Assembly (NCBI RefSeq): GCF_036365525.1
Contig: NW_027140825.1
Location: 1,426,001 to 1,490,000, forward strand
DNA from: Heterodontus francisci
Lineage: Eukaryota
Length of the DNA: 64,000 nt
Direction: 5' to 3'
A program made the position numbers and the translations under genes. Every line of letters starts with the position of its first letter. Position 1 is the stretch's first letter. Of this stretch, positions 54,916 to 64,000 are shown in pieces. The notes under the pieces were generated by a model. The model did not search any database, had not been told where the DNA came from, and was given only the letters and a program-made list of their open reading frames with translations.

Positions 54916-57900
54916 GCAATACTCAAGTTCTGTACTTCCAAACGACTACCTCAATGACATCACCCTTTAAATTCCTATACTCAAGGGAATATGACACATG
55001 ACCATACAAACTGTGAAGCTAATTTAACCCTTTTAAACCCGATGTCACTGCCTCCAAGGCTGAGATATCCTTCCTGAGCTGTGGTGCAGGTGCACAGAAC
55101 TGAACAGAATTCCTCCAGATGGGGTCGAATCAGAGCTTCATACAACAGTAACACAACATCCAGCGCTTTCTATTCCAGCCTCCTTGATGGAAAAAGGACA
55201 ACATTCTTTGTTGTAGTAGTTACTTCATTTTAATTATTTGACCTGGAAACAAATCTGCAGAAAGGTTATTTCAGCGAGCGGGAGGTCACTCCATGGAACA
55301 GGCTTCCAGGGAGATGCTGGAAGCAATTATTACATGTACATTCGAGAGATTTCACTCAGAGATACAGTTTTAGTGTAAGCTGAGTCATGAGGGGTGGTGA
55401 GTGTAACATGTTTAGGAGGAACAGGGGAATTCAACAGTAATTTCAGGAGGGGGAAAAAGAACAACAAATACAATAACTTCAGGAGCAAAAATACACGAAC
55501 AAATACAGCAATAACTTCAGGAGGGAAATAAACAAATGCCACAACAAGTCGAACAGGGAACGAGCAGCAACAAATTCAACAACAACCTCAACAGGAGAGA
55601 AACACCAACAAATTCAACAGCATCTTGAACAGGGAAAGAGCACCAACAAATTCAACAACAACCTCACCAGGAGAGAAACACTAACAAATGCAACAACAAC
55701 TTGAACAGAGAACGAGCACCAACAAATTCTACAACAACCTCAACAGGAGGGAAACAACAACAAAGAACAACAACCTCAGCAGCAGAAAAACCAACAAACT
55801 CAACAACAATCTCAACAGGAGAAAAACACCAACAAATACAAAAACCTCCTCAACAGGGCAGAAACACCAACAACTGCAGCATCAATTTCAAGAGGAGAAA
55901 AACACCGACAAGTTCCAAAACACGGTCAGCAGGAGAAACACAGCAAATTCAAAAACAACTGCAGGTGGAGAAAAGCACCAAGAAATCGAGCAACATCGAG
56001 TGAAAAACACCGACAGATACAGCAACAACTTCAAGAGAAAAACACCAACAGATACAACACCACCCTTGGCAGAAGCAAAAACAGTTAACTTCAACAACAA
56101 GTTCAGCAAGCGAAAAGCACCAACAAATTCAAAAGTAATTTCGGCAGAAAAACACAAACAAATTCAACAGCAACGACGTCAGCCAGAGAAACACCCCAAC
56201 AAATACAAAAACAACCTCAACAGGATAAAATACCAACAAATTCAACAATTTCAACCGGAAAAGAACAGCTTTGTGAGGACAAAAAAAATCTAACAAATAC
56301 AACAACTTCAGTAGCTGATAATCACAAACAAATTCAACATCAGCAGAAGGGGAAAACACACCGATAAATTGGGCAATGGCACAAGCTGTTGGAGGGACAG
56401 GAAATCGTTCACGGGGGGACATAGTATCTGATTGGCTGCAGCGCCCCACATGTTTGGAGGTCAAAGGGGTCAAAAGCTGCCTCCAGCTTCCGCGCAACCG
56501 CGGTTTCGGCGACATGTGAGCACGCATGTGGGGGGAGGGGCCAGCACCAAACTGCACCGCCAGAACTGTCCCAAACTCTTAAAGGGACCCAACGTGGACA
56601 GACAGAGCAAGAGACTGAGAGAGCAAGTGACAGAGAGGGAAATAGAAAAGAGAGAGTGATGGGGGAGAGAGAGAGAGAAATGAGCTTGAAAGAATAATAG
56701 AGAGATGGAGAGACTGAGAGAAAATAGGTGATGGGGAGAGAGTGAGAGAGCAAGAGATGGTGAGAAATGGAGGGAGAATTTCCTCAATTGGATAGAGATG
56801 GAGAGAGAGTGATAGAGAGATGTAAAGAGCGATCAAAGAGAAAGGAAGGTGGAGAGTGAGGGACTGGTAGAGTTTGAGAGTGAGGAAACAGACAAATGGA
56901 GAGATAAAGGTGAGGAAAGAGTAACAGAGTGAAAGAGAGAGAGAGAGTGGGAAGGAAAATGAGAAATCAGAGGAAACGAGTAGACACAGGGTGTACAGAA
57001 AGAGCGAAAAATGAATGAGTGTCCGTCAGAGAGAGAGGGGAATTCCGGGATAGATGTGGGCAGAGAGAGAGGCAGATAGTGTGTGTGTGCGTGAGAGAGA
57101 GAGAGAGAGAGAGAGATCAGCACACGTTCATAGTATAGAAAGACTCGCCGTGTTAATCAGTCATTTAATTGGGTGCACAACCAGACAAAAGTAACTTTAT
57201 TCCCGGGTGAATGAGTGGAGTCAGACATATAAAAAACAGATTGCAGGTTAAGGCCCAGATAAGCTTTATTAAAGATTAAAAGTTGCAGAGAGAAGTCACC
57301 CAGTAATCCTGGTTGCAACCCATTGGACTCGATACAATGGTCCAAAAATATTATCACTGCCAATCAAACAAATTCATCAGCTCTACAGCAAACAGTGAAA
57401 TATCCATAAACTGCAGTGTTTAATGATTGGAGGAAGATGGCAGAGCATGACTGAGAACATGTAGAAAGACACAAAGTATTTGTTTAGTTTCTCTGCCTTT
57501 GTCCTCTGATGAGAGGCTGAGTAAATTGGACCTGTATTCTCTGGAGTTTAGAAGAATGAGAGGTGATCCTATTGAAACATATCAGATTCTAAAGGGACTG
57601 GATAGGATCGACACTGAGAGATTGTTACCGCTGCTCGGGAAATGAAAGCCTCCCTTATCCCTTCCTAACCAGCTTACCCACCTGTCCTGTCAGCCTCAGG
57701 AATCAGTGAACATTCACTTCAAGGCCCCCCGTGGTTCACAGACAAAGAGACAATGTTGGAGAACAGTCACGTTGTTAGGCTAGATCGAAAGGGCAAATGT
57801 CAAATATATTCATAGTTTGATGTAATCCTGTGTACACAGATGTACAAGAAATAGGCTTAGAGTGAGAAACATCAGGAGAGAGGGATAAATACAGATGGAG

Positions 57901-58679
57901 AGAGGGTACCAGTGAGAAAGGGAGAGATAGGCATGGAGAGAGAAGTGGAGAGCTACTCTTACTGGTAATCTCTCTCCATCTCTGTCTTCCCCTCTCTCTT
58001 ACTCACTCAATCACTAGTTCCCCTCTCTGCTAATCTGTCCATGTTTATCTCTCTCCTCTTCTCTCTCTATCTCGATCTCCCTCTGTACCCTCTCAATCCC
58101 AATCTCTAGCCGTTTCATACCTTCAACGATGCTGCACACAGTTTTGCGGAAACACTGACCGACACTGTCCTTCCCAATCTCTTCCTCTTTCTCTCTGGTA
58201 CTCTCTCCCCAGTGCTATCCTTCCCTCTCTCTTTGTTCTTTTCTATCTCTATACCCATCCCTGTCTTTCGCACTGTTACTCTCTCCATCTGGATGGAGGA
58301 GGAGAAGGAGAGGCATATATAGCTTTACTCTGTATCTAACCCCACACTGTACCTGCCCTGGGAGTGTTTGATAGAACAGAGAAGGCAGAGATTGACTCAA
58401 TAGCTAACTAATAGCTTGGCAGCATTTGATGGGACAGTGTAGATGGAGCTTTACTCTGTATCCCTGCAATTTAGAAGGTTAAGGGGTGATCTGATCAATG
58501 TTTGAAGTGGTGCATGGGGTGCCAATCAAGTGGGCTGCTTTGTCCTGGATGGTGTCGAGCTTCTGGAGTGTTCTGTAGAGGGACAGAGTGTATACAACAT
58601 TGGATAAGGGACAGAACACAGAGAGTAGTGGTGAATGGTTGGTTCAGACTGGAGGTCCGAATCTATCCCTGAAATAATC

Positions 58680-60742
58680 TTATGCACTTCTATTCACTCT
58701 TCCCACAATCTCATTTGCTCTATGGAGACCAAACCCAGCTTTTCCAACCTAACTTTGTCGCTAAAATCCCTCATCCCAGTAACCATTCTGCTAAATCTCC
58801 TCTGCAACCTCTCAAGGACTATCCCCTCCTTCCTGAAGTGTGGTGACCAGAACTGGACACAATTCTCCAATTGGGGCCTAACCAGAGCTTTATAAATGTT
58901 CAGCATAACCTCCCTGCTTTTGTACTCACTGTATACAGTGTACATTGTGGTACAGGGGTATTCCCCAGTGGTTTGGATTAGGACAACTGATCGTTTTGAT
59001 ATATATTAATGACTTGGACTTGGGTTTACAGGGCATAACTTCAACATTGTGCCATCTGCAATGGAACAAACAGGGAAGGGAATAGTAGTAGACTTCAGTT
59101 GGATAGAGGCAGTCATGTGAAATGGTGAGACTCATGGCAGGTTAACTTCAATGCTGAGAAATGTAAAATGATGCATTTTGGAAGGAAGGCTGAGAAGAAG
59201 CGATATAAACTAAATGGTATCATGTTAAAATGGGTGCAGGGACAAAGAGATCTGGGATTTCACTTGTGTCACTTTTTATATCTTAAAGATTCAATTTGGG
59301 GCTTGCAATCTGTAAGTTGAATCTAGCTTCATCCCGAAAAGTGTTAACAAACGTGTTGGGAAATGTGTCAAAAGCTGTTTCCATTCAGACATTCCTGCAT
59401 TGTGGACGTTTGAGCTATCTTTGCAGAGACAGGAAATAGGGGTGTTTGAATGGACCAGCAGGTTTTGGTTGATGCAATAAGGTGAGAATTTGAATTGTTT
59501 CCCTTGCAGATCCACAGAATTGAAGGTATTTACAGAACACCACATGAAGTAGTTTACCAATGTCTGACAAACTTCAAAGAATTCAGACACATGGAAGAAG
59601 AGGAGAAGGGAACAATATACAAAACCTGAGACAGTCAGACAACAGCAGTAGGAAAATGAATCGCTTTTTATGTGTTTTAATTTGAAGGCCTGAACTGATG
59701 ATTGAAAAAGCAGGAGTTCAAATCCCACACTGGGCTGTTGTGAATTTGAATTCTGTTTTTTCAAAAAGATACATCAATCTGGAATTAAAAAACCTCTCGG
59801 ATGGAATGATTCACTCCTGTCTACTAGTGCAAAGCCCGTGTGTGTCTCAATTTTGCTGCATTCATGAACGATTTAAGATGATGGGGTAGAATGACACCAA
59901 TGACACAAAAATAGGCAGCGTTGTAAGCAGTGTAGCTGGAAGCATCAAATTACAAAGAGATAATAATATCTTAAATAAATGGGCAAAACTGTGGTAGATA
60001 GATTTCAATGTCGGTAAAAAATACTAGAGCAGAGTACTTTACAAATGCTGAAAAACAAGAAACACTGGTGGTCCAAAGAGACTTGGGGGGTCCATGTCCA
60101 TTTGAGTGCAGTGTAGATTTACCAGAATGATAACTGGACTCAAAGGGATAAATTACGAGGTGATATTACACAAACTGGGGATTTATTCCCTGCAAGATAG
60201 GAGGATCAAGGTGATTTGTTCAAAGTTGTTGAGATATTAAGGGGAACTGATGGGGTAGTTTTGGAGAAAGTATTTCAGCAGCTTGGGAACATAGGAACAG
60301 GAGTAGGCCATTCAGCCCATCGAGCCTGCTCCACCATCCAATACTATCATGGCTGATCATCCATTTCAATGCCTTTTCCCCAGACTATCCTCATATCCCT
60401 TTATGTCATTGGTATTTAGAAATCTGTCAATCTCTGCTTTAGACATACTCAATGACTGAGCTTCCACAGCCCTCTGGGGTAGAGAATTCCAAAGATTCAC
60501 AACCCTCTGAGTAAAGACATTTCTCCTCATCTCCGTCCTAAGTGGCTTCCCCCTTATTTTGAAATTGTGTCCCCTGGTTCTAGACTCCCGAACCAAAGGA
60601 GACATCTTACCTGCATCGAACCTGTCTATCCCTTTATGTATTTTGTATATTTCAATAAGATCACCTCTCATTCTTCTGAATCCCAATGAGTACAGGCCCA
60701 ACCTGTTCAACCATTCCTCAGAAGACAACCCCATTATCCCAG
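58680..60742. mobile_element. Cluster of CR1 fragments in both orientations (best preserved: minus-strand 3' end at 60290-60742)
   Basis: YKALVRPQLENCVQFWSP; RRMRGDLIEIYKI..FTQRVVNLWNSLP. Confidence 0.75.
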
Positions 60743-61094
60743 GAGTAAAACATCAGCCGCGGCTCCTTCGCCTGTCCTGTCTGTACCAGAACATGGAACC
60801 GTTACCCTCACCCTCCACACGACACTCCAGTCCTACTCCCTCCCTAGGAAGTCTGGAGATGGCGGTGGAAGCTGACAGACCCTCGCTGAGATCGTGCCTG
60901 GGGGAAGAGACAGGGAGAGAAGAAGATCAGTGAACAGGGACAATCTGGAATGTGAGGAATGAAGGAAGGAGAGAAAGATAGAGAGAAAGACAATAAGAAA
61001 GAGAGCTGTTAGCACAAACAATGGGGGTGTGGGGTGGTGGTGAGAAAGATCCCTTACTTTGAAATAAGACCATGAGACTCAGTAACAGATACAT
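60742..61094 (-). pseudogene. TCR beta V pseudogene, family B copy 3 (leader 61058-61094 plus 5' half of V; 3' half and RSS lost at a CR1 junction)
   Basis: Leader identical to 7938-7974; ..LECRVEGEGNGSMFWYRQD..; two frameshifts; truncated at MFYS. Confidence 0.85.
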
Positions 61095-62957
61095 CTTCCA
61101 CTGGAAGCTGATCCTGCAATTGGGAAATCAGTGGAAAGAAGAGAGTTGAGTCTTGTGTGCAGCCACATGAAAACTCAAGGAAGTGATTCAAGTTTGCACA
61201 ACACCTCCCTCCCTGATGGGAAACACACGCCCCTTTCTCTACCATTGGCTTCCACTCGTTGCTGTTGAATTTGTTGGTATCATTCTGCTGCTGAAGTTGT
61301 TGGTGTATTTGTTGCTGTATTTGCTGGTGTTTTCCTCCTACTGAGGTTGTTGAATTTGTTGGTGTTTGAATCTCCTGCTGATCTGTTGTTGAATTTGTTG
61401 GCGTTGTTCTCCTGCTGAGGTAATTGTTGTGTTGGTTGGTGTTTTCCCTTCTGAGGTTTTTGTTGAGGTTGTTGTTTCCTTCCCTGCTTAAGTTGTTGTT
61501 GCATTTTTTAATGTTGTGGTTGTTGTTGTATTTTTTTGCGTTTATATTCCCTGCTGAGGTTATTTTCTCTTTTTGAATTCACTCTTGAGATTTTGGGCGA
61601 TGCTGCTGGAGGCCAGCATTTATTGTCCATCCTTTTCGCCCCTTGAGAAGGTGGTGGTGAGCTGCCTTCTTGAACTGCTGCAGTCCATGTGGGGTAAGTA
61701 CACCCACAGTGCTGTTAGGAAGGGAATTCCAGGATTTTGACCCAGCGACAGTGAAGGAATGGCGATATAGTTCCAAGTCAGGATGGTGTGTGACTTGAAG
61801 GGGAACCTGCAAGTGATGGTGTTCCCAAGGATCTGCTGCCCTTGTCCTTCTAGGTGGTAGAGGTCCAGGGTTTGGAAGGTGCTGACGAGGGGCCTTGGTG
61901 CATTGCTGCAGTGCATCTTGTAGATGGTACACATTGCTGCCACTGAGCATCGGTGGTGGAGGGAGTGAAAGTTGTGGATGGGTGGAGGGAGTGAAAGTTT
62001 GTGGATGGTTTGCCAATCAAGCGGACTGCTTTGTCCTGCATGGTGTAGAGCTTCTTGAGTTTTGTTGGAGCTGCACCCATCCAGGCAAGTGGAGAGTATT
62101 CCATCACACTCCTGACTTGTACCTTGTAGATGGTGGACAGCCTTTGGGGAGTCAGGAGGTGAGTTGCTTGTCACAGGATTTCTAGCCTCTGTCCTGCTCT
62201 TGAAGCCACAATATTTATATGGCTATCCCAGTTCAGTTTCTGGTCAATGGTAACCCTTTAGGATGTTGATAGTGGGGGATTCAGCGATGTTAATGCCATT
62301 GAATGTCAAGGGGAGATGGTTAGATTCTCTTTTATTTGAGCTGGTCATTGCCTGGCACTTATGTGACACGAATGTTTCTTGCCAATTATCAGCTCAAACC
62401 TGGATGTTGTCCAGGTCCTGCGACATCTGAACACGGGCTGCATCAGAATCTGAGGTGTCACGAATGATGCTGAACATTGTGCAATCATCAGTGAACATCC
62501 CCACTTCTGATCTTTTGATTGAAGGGAGTTCATTGATGAAGCAGTTGAAGATTGTGGGACAGGACATACCCGGGGATGGGGATGACGAGGTGTGTGACAT
62601 TGTCTGTAAGGCATAATTCCCTGAGTATGACGATGTCAGGCTGTTGCTTGACAGCTCTCCCAACTTTGGCACAAGCCCCTAAATGTTGGTAAGGAGGATT
62701 TTGCAGGTTCGACATGTTGTTGCATCTGTTGCTGTGTTTCGCCTGCTGAAGTTGTATTTATTACTTTTCTCCTCCTGAAGCACTTGTTGAATTCTGTTGA
62801 TGTTCTTTCTCCTCCTGACGTTGTTGTATTTGTTGGTGAGCTTTTTTTTTGCCAACGTTGCTTCTCAAATTGTTGGTGTTTTTCCCTGCTGAGGTTGTTG
62901 TTGAATTTGTTAATGATTTTCGTGCTGAGGTTTTTGTTGCATTTGTCGTATTGCCCG

Positions 62958-64000
62958 GAGGAGGTTACAGAGATAGGGAGGAATGTTGGGGCTGGAGGAG
63001 GTTACAGAGAAAGGGAGGGTTGTCAGGCGGGAGGAGGTTACAGAGATAGGAAGGGTTGTCGGGCAGGAGGAGGTTACACAGATAGGAAGGGTTTTAGGGG
63101 CTGGAGGAGGTTGCAGAGAGAGGGAGGCTTCTTGGGGCTGGAGGAGGTTACAGAGAAAGGGAGGGTTGTTGGGCAGGAGGAGGTTACACAGATAGGAAGG
63201 GTTTTAGGGGCTGGAGGAGGTTGCAGAGATAGGGAGGGATGTTGGGGCTGGAGGAGGTTACAGAGAAAGGGAGGGTTGTCGGGCGAGAGGAGTTTACACA
63301 GATAGGAAGGGTTGAGGGGCTGGAGGAGGTTACAGAGATAGGGAGGGATGTTGGGGCTGGAGGCAGTTACAGAGATAGGGAGGGTTGTAGGGGCTGGAGG
63401 AGGTTACAGAGATAGGGAGGGTTGTTGGGCTGGAGGAGATTACAGTGATAGGGAGGGTTGTTGGTGCTGGAGGAGGTTACAGTGATAGGAAGGTTTGTAG
63501 GGGCTGGAGATGGTTACAGAGATAGGGACGTTGTTGGGGCTGGAGGCTGTTACAGAGATAAGGAGCTTGTAGGGGCCGAAGGAGGTTACAGAGATAGGGA
63601 GGCTTGTTGGTTCTGAAGGAAGTTACAGAGATAGGGAGAGTTGTTGGGATGGAGGAAGCTACAGAGATAGGGAGGGTTGTAGGGGCTGGAGGAGGTTACA
63701 GTGTTAGGGAGGGTGGCAGGGTCTGCAGGAGGCTACAGAGATGGGGATGGTTGTCGGGCTGGAGGAAGCTACAGAGATAGGGAGGGTTGTAGGGGATAGA
63801 CGAGGTTACAGAGATCGGGACGGTTGTAGACTGGGGGAGGTTACAGACATAGCGTTGGTTTTCGGGGCTGGAGGTCATTACAGAGATCGGGATGGTTGTC
63901 GGGGCTAGAGGAAGTTACAGAAACAGGGAAGGTTGTCGGAGTTTAGAGGAGGTTACAGATGTCGGAAGGGTTGCATTATCTTTCGGAGGTAGCAGAGATA
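62958..64000 (+). repeat. 37-bp minisatellite
   Basis: Same unit as 14720-15150. Confidence 0.9.

Noticed and set aside
55688-56293. 201-aa Asn/Lys/Gln-rich ORF
   Set aside because: Translation of the CAA minisatellite
59291-59764. 157-aa minus-strand ORF
   Set aside because: No recognisable motif or exon context; it lies among CR1 and SINE debris
1-64000. TCR D, J or C segments and true tRNA genes
   Set aside because: No 12-RSS, FGxG J motif or C exon was seen; the tRNA-like boxes are SINE heads

Overview
Vertebrate genomic DNA, most likely from a cartilaginous fish (CR1, L2, RTE and Penelope LINE fragments, V-SINE/HE1-type SINEs, shark-like TCR V segments). It is part of a T-cell receptor V array, probably TCR-beta. 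All six V segments are on the minus strand. One is intact (67-686, with leader and 23-RSS). Five are pseudogenes from two families, produced by duplication of a roughly 5.5-kb cassette. Inside the array, on the opposite strand, is a roughly 31-kb multi-exon gene that the ORF track misses. It encodes a predicted secreted protein of about 570 aa: signal peptide, two uromodulin/GP2-type D8C (D10C) domains, an acidic Ser/Thr-rich mucin-like stalk built from tandemly amplified 96-bp exons, and a roughly 60-aa C-terminal module. It has no ZP domain, transmembrane helix or GPI signal. The stalk exons sit in repeated units of 23-bp G-rich satellite plus CR1 debris. All gene models were built by eye; no database searches were run.
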